Below, piece after piece: positions 1 through 12,369 of a DNA stretch of 64,000 nucleotides (positions are counted from its first letter, which is position 1; each line of letters begins with the position of its first letter). This stretch comes from Octopus vulgaris (taxonomy: Eukaryota), in assembly GCA_951406725.2 (NCBI GenBank), contig OX597819.1:17980001-18044000 (forward strand), written 5' to 3'. The notes under the pieces were generated by a model. It made no database searches and was not told the DNA's origin. It was given only the letters and a program-made list of their open reading frames with translations. A program made the translations under genes and the position numbers.

Positions 1-387
1 GAAGCGTAGTAGGGGAAATCAACCCCCACAAAAAATGCTGTGGTCCTGGTCACTCTTCATTGTACTAAGTAGCATCAACTTACCAAACTCAGATTATGTC
101 AAAACTCTTAAGGTCTTTTTTAAAAACAGTAAATAAAACCTTAACTTCATAACAAAACGGAAAGACACCCTGGAAAAATCTAGCCGGAAACACATTATAC
201 ATGAATACAAAACTGGAAGATCATGTTTAAAATAACATCTTCAGCAAGGTTATTGGTGATAATGTGTTGGTCTCGATGTGGTTATTAGAGTGGATAGATA
301 TAGCAACCAAATCTTCTTCAAATTTCATATTTCTGTTTTACATAAGATCTTGACATATTAGGCGCTACGTGCTGCATAATGAACGCT

Positions 388-570
388 TTGGATGAGTTGT
401 TAGAGTGTTGAACTCACGATTTAAAGATCGTGGTTGTGATTTCGAAACCAGCTGGTGTGTTGTATCCTTGAGCAAATACGTCATTTTATGTTGCTCAGTC
501 CACTTATCTGTAAAATAGTTAGCTGGGAGATTAATCCTGCAGCATATCAGCGCCTCGTTCAGGGTGGAGG
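388..570 (+). mobile_element. Decayed tRNA-derived SINE
   Basis: gttagagtgttgaactcacgat..gtgttgtatccttgagcaaa..ttgctcagtccactta resembles the family 1 head and core. Confidence 0.5.
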
Positions 571-1132
571 GTCTTTATAATCACAGTCAGTTATATTCGG
601 TTGGAAAATGGGCTAAACTCCTGCCTTCTGAGTCGTGAGGGTCACGACAATTCTATGCCTAAGTCTCAGAGCTACATTCTAGTACCACACGTAAACATTT
701 AACACGAATGGTAGTCATGTGTGAAGTAAATTTGATAGCAGCTTGGTTCAATGAGGGCTGATCAGAGGTTAAACAAGAAGAAAACTCATAAAAGAAAACA
801 ATAAAAAAGCAGCCAAAAATACCCCATTCTCACCACTACAGCCGTTTACAATACACCACCAACACAATCACCACCACCACCACCACCACCACCACCACCA
901 CCGCCAATATCAACAGCATAAACAACGAATCCAAGAACAACAATATTTTCACGACCTCCACTATAAATACGAAGAACATAAACGGCAAACATAGCACACC
1001 AGCCCACACCAATATAAGACAGCGCCACCACCATCACCACCACCACCACCACCACCACCACCACAAACTACAACAGCAATAATAGAATCGGTAACACCAC
1101 AACCATACAAGCACCAACACCACAAACTACAA

Positions 1133-1174
<42 letters not shown>

Positions 1175-1516
1175 TACCAACCAAAATAACAACTGGTCCC
1201 ATGTTTAGACACGGCGAATTAATTGAGATTTAAGCCCGGAAGCGTCTACTACAAAAGCGGGAGTATTTTTGTGATATCAACAAATCATGAATGATAAAAA
1301 GCAGAGGAGATTCGCCAGAGTAGAGTATCATTAGTCGTATAGATTTTAGAATGCAATAAGTGATTTATCACATGCCTGGTCGCTAAATACATCAATAGTT
1401 TTCAAAGTGTAAATCTATAACACCGTAGAAAATACAATTCAGACACAACGCTTTTGTGCAGATAGCCTAAATTAGAAACAGCAAGCTGAAAAACAAAATA
1501 AAGCAAACGAAATTTA

Positions 1517-1572
<56 letters not shown>

Positions 1573-2672
1573 CAACAACAACAACAGCAGCAGCAGCAGC
1601 AATAACAACAACAACTGCTGCAGCAACAACAATGGTGAAATAAAAGAAATCACATATAAAGATATAGAAAAAATATCTGTAACTTCTCGCAAGTATTTTA
1701 TTTTTCACATTGATGTTATGGAAAAAAAAAACTATGTGTGTGTGTATGTACTTGTGTGTAAGTGTGTGTAAGTGTATGTGTGTGAGTTTGTGTGTAAGTG
1801 TGTGTGTGTTTCTGTATGTATATACATGTATAGAAAAAAAAAGCGAAAACTATAACAAGAATATATAACAGCAAATAAATGGAAAACAGACAGAAACAGG
1901 AGATTTTTCTTGACAATATTTCGATATTAGCTTTCATAAGAGAATAGAGGTGCTGATGGGGGTGGGCGGGGGTGTTCGGGGGGTGGGGGTGGAATAAAGT
2001 ATGAAATTGATATTAATCTATTGGTGAAAATAGAAAACAGAATTCTTTTTATCGTCAAACGTTCAAACCGTACTTTATCATTTTTATACATTTTTCATAT
2101 TCACACGGCTAAATAGAAACTGGAAGAATGTGCTGTATGATGAAGATATGAATGTCGAAGAAATAAAACAGACTGCATTGTGTGTATGTTATTGATGTTG
2201 TTGTTGTTGTTGTTGTTGTTGCTATTGCTGTTGCTTCTCGCGCAGTTGTCTTCATCGTCGTGGTGGTGGTCGTGGTCGTTGTTATTGTTGTAGTTGTAGA
2301 GTGACTATGAACGGTGAGATTATTTCTCGCTGCCTTTTGAAGAATCGTACATCTTTGAACTGTTTGAAGATTGCTTCCACCGCTGTTTTTGACGATATCT
2401 GCGAAGCATGTCTATAATGCTATGGTGTGTTGTCCAAACATTTAGGACTTAAACCCATCAGAGCCCTTCCTACGAAATGATTAATTTCATTTCTCTATTA
2501 AACAGGTGGATATGTCTTACGGACGGAAACCTCTTATTTGCATCTTGTTGACTTAATTTTAAAAACAATTGATTTAATTTTAAAGGTTGTTGGGCAGCTA
2601 ATTCGAAGTATCCATTGAACACCATACACTAGCTCCTTCTGTAACACTGGTTCATTTAAATACAGCGATGTA

Positions 2673-2900
2673 GCACTCCGTCGCTTACGACGACGAGGGT
2701 TCCAGTTGATCCGATCAACGAAACAGCCTACTCATAAAATTAACGTGCAAGTGGCTGAGCACTCCACAGACACGTGTCCCCTTAACGTAGTTCTCGGGGA
2801 GGTTCAGCGTAACACAGAGTAGGACAAAGCTGGCCTTTTGAAATATAGGTACAACAGAAACAGGAAGAAAGGGTGAGAGAAAGTTGTGGTGAAAGAGTAC
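2673..2900 (-). mobile_element. 5'-truncated SINE sharing a central block with family 2
   Basis: gaaagggtgagagaaagttgtggtgaaagagt matches 48485-48516, but the tail differs. Confidence 0.6.
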
Positions 2901-3102
2901 GGCATATCTAATTTATCTAAGTTTTCTAAGTTACACATACACACACATGCACATATAAAAATACATGAATATATACATGTGCATGTGTGTGTGTATATAT
3001 ATATGTATCTATATGTGTGTCTAACTACATATCTATCTATGTATTTATCTCTCTCTATCTATCTATCTATATATATATATATGTATATGTATATATATAT
3101 AA

Positions 3103-3412
3103 GGAGACCCTCTTCCGTCATGAATGACCATGGGATTGCATCTAGAAAGTTACCCTCAGAAGTACAATTCCAAGCAAGGTTGTTTGTGGAAGGCCAGCAG
3201 TCGCCCATGTATACCAGCCTCCTCTATCGAAGGGAAAGACAAAGGCTGATACTGCTTGGCACCAGTAATGTCACAACTCATTTCAACAGCTGAGTGAACT
3301 GGAGCGACGTGAAATAAAATGTCTTGCTGAAGAGCACAACACGCAGCCCGACCCGGGAATCGAACCCATAACCTCACGATCGCAAGCTCGACGCTCTAAT
3401 CACTGAGCCATG
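3103..3412 (-). mobile_element. tRNA-derived SINE (family 1)
   Basis: Box A TGGCTCAGTGATTAG and box B GGTTCGATTCC. Homologous along its length to 25978-26305. Confidence 0.85.
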
Positions 3413-4022
3413 TAAACAAGTAAGAAAAATTTGTTTGCATATTGATTAGGTTGCATTTTTTTTTTTTTTTTTGAAATTACAATATTAAAGTCATTCGTTT
3501 TTTAGTCATTTAATGTTCCTACATTTTCGATACGTGTACTGACGTTTTTCTTTCTTTTCACTGTTTGATTGAGATTTGTACTTTAACATAGAATTCCGGT
3601 TTAATTCAGTCGTCATCGTTTGGGACACAGATGAAACAAAATATTGTGTGGCCCACGATAAATAATAAAAAAACTGTTCTGCATCGCTGATTTAGACACA
3701 GACTAAATAGATACATTACATGATTCGATTCAATGTGTTTTTCAACGATGTATGAAAAAAACTAATATTTATTGCTCTATATATTGAATATGGTACCGTT
3801 GCTTCTGCCGCTGCTGCTTCTGCTGCTGCTGCTGCTGCTGCTGATTGCTATTTCTGCGAATTAAAGGAAAAACTGGAAAAAAAAAAAAAAATTAAAAGAA
3901 ATGACAAATGAGAAACACTGCAGGAAGAAATCGGAGACAGAAATGCTAAAAATTATATAGAGTGTGATAGGAAAATGAAAACACATAAAAAATATATATA
4001 TACCATAGTACACAAACACACA

Positions 4023-4090
<68 letters not shown>

Positions 4091-4149
4091 TAGACAAGAG
4101 AAATATCCACACACACACGCACGAATGCACATATCTATATATGCAGTAT

Positions 4150-4343
<194 letters not shown>

Positions 4344-4699
4344 GTATATGCATGTTTTTAAAATTTACTTTCTTCAGTCATTGGACTGCAGCCAAGCCAG
4401 GACACTGTTTTAATCAGTTTGGTCGCCATTCCTCATATTTATATCAAGTTCCTTTTCTGTCGCTCTCTTTCTGCCGAATCGTTAAGTACAGTGATGTAAA
4501 GAGACTCATAGTGGCCCCAGGCAGCCGTGGATTATAAACGCAAGCAGAACATCGCACGCATCTCTCTCTCTTTCTCTTTCTCTCTCTCTATCTCTCTAAT
4601 CTGTCTGTCTACCTATCTATCTGTCTATCTACATATATGCATGTACACACATACACACATACACACACATACACATATACATATTTCGAACAGTTCGAA

Positions 4700-4885
4700 A
4701 AGTGGGTTTGGCCAAGTTGATGAACAACCTGTCACAACAACTTGTGGTCATCTCAGATAACGCAGATATTGAATCAGCGTGGTCTGTTTTTAAAAACCCT
4801 GCATTTCAGCCATCTTGTGCAGCAGCTGAGTGTATTCAGAGGAAGCATCAATATTGGTTTGACTCAAATGATCCAAACATTTAAC
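4700..4885 (+). mobile_element. Short RTE-like LINE fragment (EN-RT linker)
   Basis: IESAWSVFKN...RKHQYWFDSNDPNI resembles the RTE-clade RKHQDWFDEND motif. Confidence 0.5.
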
Positions 4886-4889
4886 CTGA

Positions 4890-6615
4890 TTTGGACATCT
4901 GGACACTGATTTAGGTTCTGTGATTGTAATGCCCCCTCTGGGCCACTGCAACGTTTACATTTAGTTTCGGGCTCTGGCATTAAACTGCATATTATTGTCC
5001 TCAACCAATCTGTAAGTTGCAACATCACCAGGGTTTTGTATTTTCTGCGTGACATGCGTATTGTCTGCGTAGTTAGCAAAGATGGCCACCCGGGCAGCGA
5101 TTGTTTTCCTACAAAAGTTCCGGCATACACACAATCAAAGCTCAACTATCAAGCTAATGTTTGAGCGCATAACAAGCGATGGGCGATAAGATAATGTCGC
5201 TTGGATAAAGAATGGTCATGCTTGTTTTCTCTTTTAAGAAATCTTGTGTCTTTTTCGTGTTGCAGCCATGGCTGCCTCTGCGTAGTTATTTGTGTTGCTT
5301 ACTTCGTAAAATAGTAAGGGGAGAGGACTGATGGCACACCACCCTCTACCCACATTTTTTCCATCCACATCTTTATCATATGGGGCCCTAACAAAATCCC
5401 ATAGTAGGTTTAGATGCAAATCTATCTAATTACTTCTCTTCTAACATCAGGCATAACTTGGCGATCAGTCGACTTACAACACCGTTTTTCGTCTTGAGTT
5501 TACTTCGTAGAGTGTGTTTGTTAACTTGACAACAAGGTCAAGGTGAGAACTGATTGGTTGTATGCAAATGAGCTCATCACTGGGGTCCGGAACACTCGTG
5601 GGAATAATTTTCGCATCTGGGCAGCTGAGGGCATATCGGTGGGTGGGTGTTGGGCACTACGAAAAGCAGTGTTCCCAAGACAGTGCCCTGTGGAACACCA
5701 CTCACTATTTGTTTTTCCTTTGAGGTGACCCCATTGGTAATCACTGCCTGGCTTCTATCTTTCAGAAAGTAATGGAACCACTCAACAAGTTTCCCAGCTA
5801 TGCCGAGACCACGAAGTTTGTGGCATTTCATACCAAGATGCATTTTAGAAAAGTCCACATTTGAGTTGCTGAGTAACTGTCTCAATACCCCGTCATAGTG
5901 CTGTAGGAGCTGAGTCAGACAGCTCCTACTTGGTCGAAAACCCATGCTAGGTAACACTCAGCAAATCATTTTCCTCAAGGAATGCTTTTAGTTTACCTCT
6001 GACTATTCGTTCCATGACTTTACTAATGTGTGAAATCAGATACGCCTATAAATTTTGTCACCTGCTCTGCTAGCACCGTTATGGATTGCGCGTATTATTC
6101 TCTGCTTCAGTTTACTTGGCAGCCTGCCATTTGCAAGAAAACTCTGGATGAGAATCTGTAGTATTTTCACCAGGGCACGCTAACACGATTTGCATAGTAT
6201 TGGTGATAAACCATCAGGGCCAGCAGTTGCTTTTGCGTCCATCTCATCTATGTCTAATCTCGATATAATCCATCGTAAGTGCCACTGGTTTGTTCACTTG
6301 TCTGTGTTCCAACGGAGTTGACTTTTGAACTGGCCATTCAGTACCTCAGTGATCCTGTTATTGGGTTATCTGTGTGGGAACCATCCTTTTGAACGAGGGG
6401 TCTTATTGTCCAGCGAACTGTGACTGTTTGTTTGGCATAATGAAAGACGGCTTTCTCCTTCACATGGGATTGTCACAGGCTTTTTCAATCTCCATCAGTA
6501 TTGTTTTATGCAGGACTTTTCACTACTTATGTGATGTTGATCGAAGCGATTTGCAGCATTCGGCTGTCGTCTCATGACGACCTTCCTCTCCTTTGGAATC
6601 TTGTTCATTTTTGTG
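4890..6615 (-). mobile_element. Decayed CR1/L2-group LINE RT region, interrupted by an insertion at ~5099-5613
   Basis: Across frames: AGPDGLSP, SHISKVMERIVRGKLKAFLEEN, GFRPSRSCLTQLL, VEWFHYFLKDRSQ, SGVPQGTVLGTLLF, then NYADNT (decayed YADDT) and EDNNMQFNA. Contains stops and frameshifts. Confidence 0.85.
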
Positions 6616-6848
6616 TTGATAGATAGGTAGATAGATAGATAGATAGATATAGATATAGATGGATAGATGGAAATAAGTACACAGACACACATACACACGC
6701 ACACAGACACACATACACACGCACACAGACACACACACACATATATATATATATATACACACACGCATACACATATATGAATTATATATTTATATATATA
6801 TATATATATAAATATATATAAATATATAATTCACGCAAACACACGCAC

Positions 6849-6895
<47 letters not shown>

Positions 6896-6897
<2 letters not shown>

Positions 6898-7344
6898 CAA
6901 CATTTCTAAAAATAACCCAACAATTGCTGCTTCGGCCAGGGTCAAGATACAGGACTCTTGACCTGTCCAACAAAGCGTGATGCCTAAACCAATCAGCTCA
7001 ACCAACCAATCAGCTTAAGTAATTGAGTGATACTACACACTGATTGGTCAGAATACAGTTTGCAAAACCTAGCACTCTGGAGCCTACCCAGCTGTATTTA
7101 TAGCACAGAATCACTCATCTTGCTACAGTCAAAAATTGTGAAGCATGACTGTCAACACTACTACATGAACCCGAAGATTGCAGAATTCAATGCATGAAAG
7201 TACTAGTTCAATCAGAATGAATATTTAACATTCTACTATTTCATTTTATTTTACTCAATTATAATATATTATCTTATAATATATCATTATAAGATTGTAA
7301 ATAAAACGTGAAAATCAGACAAGGTTGGAATTCTTTTTATTAAT
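6896..7344 (+). mobile_element. Solo inverted copy of the PLE 3' terminal repeat (449 bp)
   Basis: Reverse complement of 8385-8833. I saw only one mismatch (tttactcaa vs tttattcaa). Preceded by (TA)n. Confidence 0.92.
7166..7210 (+). ncRNA. Minimal type-I hammerhead ribozyme-like motif in PLE terminal repeat (U4C core variant)
   Basis: TGAAC-CCGAAGA-T-TGCA(GAATTCAA)TGCA-T-GAAA-GTAC-TA-GTTCA. Stem I is TGAAC/GTTCA, stem II is TGCA/TGCA, stem III is palindromic AGTACT. Predicted cut after CUA at 7205. Confidence 0.75.
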
Positions 7345-7372
7345 ATATTCTTCTATACACAATCACACACAC

Positions 7373-7437
<65 letters not shown>

Positions 7438-7787
7438 CGGTGCTCCAGCATGGCCGCAGTCAAAATAACTGAACAAGTAAAAGAATAAAGAATATATATA
7501 TATATATGTATGTGTACATGTATATATATATATATGTATATATTATGTATGTATATATATATGTGTGTGTGTATATATTGATAACTTTGATAGGTTTAAG
7601 CCGGTATAGGCCCAGGTCATGTCTAACTTCATAGGACTACATGGTGAAGTCGTTTAGTCATATATGGAGTACCATGACCAACTCAAGCAAAGAGTTATTA
7701 TTGTTGGAGACATATCCGGATGTAGGAGTTTGGTCTCGGAGTTTTTGAGGAAATTTATCCAGTGAACTTTTGAATTTTATGTTAAAT

Positions 7788-7980
7788 AAAATGAGACAAC
7801 AGAACCAAGGTTGTGTGGATTTGATTGGATATTTATAAAGATAAAGGTAGTCTTATCTCCTTATATTGAACTTTACTATTTTCCTCTAGTTAACTCTCTC
7901 ACATCGTCTCTGATATCCCAGAAACAACTGTAAAACTATCTTTCTCTAAATTCCACACAGCTTTGGTTTCGTTCTCATTT
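7788..7980 (+). mobile_element. Family C element (7856-7980) preceded by an inverted copy of its own 3' end (7788-7855)
   Basis: aaatgagacaacagaaccaaggttgtgtggattt approximates the reverse complement of aaattccacacagctttggtttcgttctcattt. Internal gtct-CTGAT..ATCCCA-GAAA-CAACTG-TA is an HHR remnant with most of stem II deleted. Confidence 0.65.
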
Positions 7981-8157
7981 TATATACATGTATGTATATA
8001 TATGTACATACATATACATACATATATATATATATATATAGATGTATATATATATATATATATACATACATATATATATAAATAGATGTATGTATATATA
8101 TATACATATACATACACATATATATATAGATGTATATATATATATATAGAGGTATGT

Positions 8158-8223
<66 letters not shown>

Positions 8224-8341
8224 TATATGTGTGTTATATTACTGGATAGATTTTAATTTCTACACACTAATTTACCGGGAGACAGGATGCAAGTACGGAA
8301 CAACGAATTTCCACATACGTATGTATGTATGCATGTATGAA

Positions 8342-8386
<45 letters not shown>

Positions 8387-8518
8387 TAATAAAAAGAATT
8401 CCAACCTTGTCTGATTTTCACGTTTTATTTACAATCTTATAATGATATATTATAAGATAATATATTATAATTGAATAAAATAAAATGAAATAGTAGAATG
8501 TTAAATATTCATTCTGAT

Positions 8519-8563
8519 TGAACTAGTACTTTCATGCATTGAATTCTGCAATCTTCGGGTTCA
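8519..8563 (-). ncRNA. Minimal type-I hammerhead ribozyme-like motif, identical second copy downstream of the PLE ORF
   Basis: Exact reverse complement of 7166-7210, on the same strand as the RT ORF. Confidence 0.75.
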
Positions 8564-9057
8564 TGTAGTAGTGTTGACAGTCATGCTTCACAATTTTTGA
8601 CTGTAGCAAGATGAGTGATTCTGTGCTATAAATACAGCTGGGTAGGCTCCAGAGTGCTAGGTTTTGCAAACTGTATTCTGACCAATCAGTGTGTAGTATC
8701 ACTCAATTACTTAAGCTGATTGGTTGGTTGAGCTGATTGGTTTAGGCATCACGCTTTGTTGGACAGGTCAAGAGTCCTGTATCTTGACCCTGGCCGAAGC
8801 AGCAATTGTTGGGTTATTTTTAGAAATGTTGTAAATATCCTTTGTCAGAGATTTTTATATTTTTATATTTCAATTGTCATCATCATCATTGTCAGCACCT
8901 TAATTATTGTTGCTAGTGGTGATGGTGGTGGCAATAGAACTTTTAACCCTAAATAAGATAATTTTCCTGCTATCTTCGTCTTGATCACCTTTAGTATTGT
9001 TGTTGTTGTTAGTGGTCATGGTCGTAGCAGTGGAAGTAATACCTCTAAGTATTATTA

Positions 9058-10696
9058 TTATTGCTTATTTAGCTTGGGTTCGAATTTATCAATAAAATTC
9101 TTTTCTCTGATTTTCCTCTCGATTTCACTTGGGCTGTGTAATTTGTAGAATGGAAATATTATATATATTTTCCGACCACATGTTGCTAGGTGGTTACTCA
9201 AAGGTATCTGACGGACCTCTGGGTCTCTAATCTGTTGCCGGTGTACACGTGAGCGTTCTAATAGTGCGTTTCCCGTCTGACCTACATATATTTCTTCACA
9301 ATTTGGGCATTTGATGCAGTAAATTAAATTTCTGCTTTTGCAGTTCATATTCGCGTTTGTGAATATTTTCCCGGTTTTTGTGTTTATATATTGACCGGTA
9401 TGTATGAATTGGCATGTGCCACATCGGCTATCATTGCATTTAGATACCGTGAATGTTTGGTCTTTGTTGCTGAGGTCAAATTTTGCCTTTGTTAGTAATG
9501 TTTTCAAGTTTTTAGGCTGTCTTTTACTAAGCACCATAGCTCGATCCTTGATTATGTCTTTTAATTCATTACTTTGGGCAATGATTGGTAGGTTTGCTTT
9601 GGCAATGTTGAAGATATTCTGGTGACATGGGTTGTGTGTCACTATGAATGGTATGACTTGTTCTTGTTTTCCTCTTCCTTGGGTTTTCCTAAGTTGTTGT
9701 ATAGGTATTTTTATAGCCCGCTGTATGCCATTTTCTATAAGTAGAGATGGGTATTTTTGTTTGAGCAAAAATTCTCTTAGTTCTATTAGGCGTTTGTTCC
9801 TGATATTTGCATCTTCTACAATAGTACAAATTCTTCTGGCTAGGCAGTATGGGATGTTACGTTTTGTATGTGGTGGATGGCACGACTTAAAATTTAGGTA
9901 TTGATGTGTGTCTGTGTGTTTATAGTATATATCTGTGGTGATGGTGGTGTCTTTTTTAATTACCATTATATCCAGGAATGGTAATTTGGTACTACTCATT
10001 TCCTTTGTAAATTTGAGAGATGGGTGTAGGTTGTTCAGGAGGATATTGAACTCTTCCAGAGTATTTAGAGATTCTGTCCAGATTATGAAACAGTCGTCTA
10101 GGTATCTCTTCCATGCCTTTTCAATATACTTTCTAAATCCAGTGCCATAGTTTACCTCCACCTCTTGGTAGAGTTGTTCTTCTAAGTATCCCATTACAGA
10201 GTTGGCGTAAACGGGAGCAAACCTCGTTCCCATCGCCGTGCCTCTAATTTGGATGTAATTCTTTCCATTGAAGAAGAATGTGTTATTTTCTAGAATAAGT
10301 TTGACTGTGTCTAATATAAATGGCACTGTGAATCTGCTGGGAATCACTTCTCTATGTTTTTCTAACCAGTATTTAATCGCCTTTATTCCTAAATCGTGTG
10401 GAATATTGGTGTAGAGGCTTACCACATCAAAACTTAGTAAAACTGAATTTGTTTCTGTTGTTTTGGGAAGATGGGACAGGAAGTCGATGTCATCCCTGAT
10501 GAAACTTGGTATGTAAGTACATAGTGGTTTCAAAACAATGTCAATAAAATTGCTTAGACGGTGTGTAGGGCATGCTGGACCAGCTATAATAGGTCTAAGT
10601 TTTAGGTCTTTTGGATGTAATAATTTTATGTACTCACTTTCTTGTTCTTTTACTGCCTGTTGAATGTTTTTTGATTTGTGTATGTTGCTGGGTTTT

Positions 10697-10699
<3 letters not shown>
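9058..10699 (-). CDS. Penelope-like retroelement ORF (RT + Cys linker + GIY-YIG endonuclease), Neptune-type, 5'-truncated
   Basis: About 547 stop-free codons. PLE RT motifs [41 protein letters not shown] and LPFLD; thumb [18 protein letters not shown]; linker [10 protein letters not shown]; endonuclease [31 protein letters not shown]. The first ~24 residues of the track ORF are (TA)n translation, so there is no true start codon. Confidence 0.95.
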
Positions 10700-10747
<48 letters not shown>

Positions 10748-10803
10748 TTACATATATATACATTTACATACATATATATTTATATATGTATGTGTGTGTA
10801 TAT

Positions 10804-10848
<45 letters not shown>

Positions 10849-11169
10849 CATACGTATATATACACACAGATACATAAACTATGATCAGTGATAATATAAA
10901 TGTGTCATTCACAATAATCCCAGGAGGACTGTTCGACCTCACTCCGCTATAGAACCGATCGGGTGATCGATACCATGTGAATTACATTTCCAAGTGTTTC
11001 TAGCCGTGAAATCAAAATCAGTGACTTCGAAAAAATGTCATAGAGATCGTTATATGTCGGTATAGTTTGATTCGCTGCAAGAATTTAGACATCAGAGAAA
11101 ACCCCGCCACCCACCGCCATCATGCGCCATCACACACACACCCACGCACATATGCACACAAATTTCTAA

Positions 11170-11331
11170 CATATATATATATAAAGTATATGTTTATAAG
11201 TATATAAGATACATTTATATATATATGTGTATATATATGTATATATGTATATATGTATATGTATATGTATATATATATATATATGTATATATATGTATAT
11301 ATATATGTATATATATATATGTATATATATG

Positions 11332-11364
<33 letters not shown>

Positions 11365-11387
11365 GTATATATATATATATGTATATA

Positions 11388-11452
<65 letters not shown>

Positions 11453-11555
11453 GTATATATATATACATATACATGTGTGCGCGTTTATACGAACATATAC
11501 TTATATATATACGTATATATATGTATATATATATGTTCGTATACACACACACACA

Positions 11556-11631
<76 letters not shown>

Positions 11632-11632
11632 T
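11170..11632. repeat. Compound (TA)n/(TATG)/(GA)n microsatellite
   Basis: Direct reading. Confidence 0.95.
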
Positions 11633-11760
11633 AGAGGGGTTGGTTTACAAACACACGCGCACAAGCGCAACTGGAAAGATGGAAATAGATAAACTGTTCC
11701 TTACACACACAGAGGAGTACGGGTCACACACATTCAGAAATAAGCATATGGATATAGATG

Positions 11761-11820
<60 letters not shown>

Positions 11821-12001
11821 TGTTTTACTATAGGTCTGTATATGTAATATATGTATGTGTGTCTGCGTGTGTAAGTAGAGTTCACTCTATACAACATCAA
11901 GTTAGAACTCAATACGTTTCTGGAGTAACGATTTTAAAGTTTGATATCAGAAACTCTGCAATGCCTATACGTACATATACTCGCACTTTTAAATGTATGC
12001 C

Positions 12002-12043
<42 letters not shown>

Positions 12044-12260
12044 CAAATATATAAATTTAAGTATGGTTATGCATGTGTATACACGCACACACACATATAT
12101 ATATATATTTAAATCAATTTATATATTTATGCATGTGCATACATATGTATATACATAAATATATATTAAAATATATACACATTCATTTATGTTTATGCCT
12201 GTATATATATATATAGAGAGAGAGAGACATATATAGATATATATTTATATCAATATATAT

Positions 12261-12369
<109 letters not shown>

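Larger units (their letters stand above)
8385..10699 (-). mobile_element. PLE copy: truncated ORF + 3' UTR + terminal repeat (pLTR), flanked on both sides by (TA)n
   Basis: The ORF stop at 9058 is followed on the minus strand by ~670 bp of UTR ending at a (TA)n tract (~8384). The 5' end abuts (TA)n at ~10700. Confidence 0.9.

Noticed and set aside
9058-10699. Selenoprotein-coding or N-terminal-endonuclease (Naiad-type) PLE
   Set aside because: The endonuclease is C-terminal and the ORF has no in-frame TGA.
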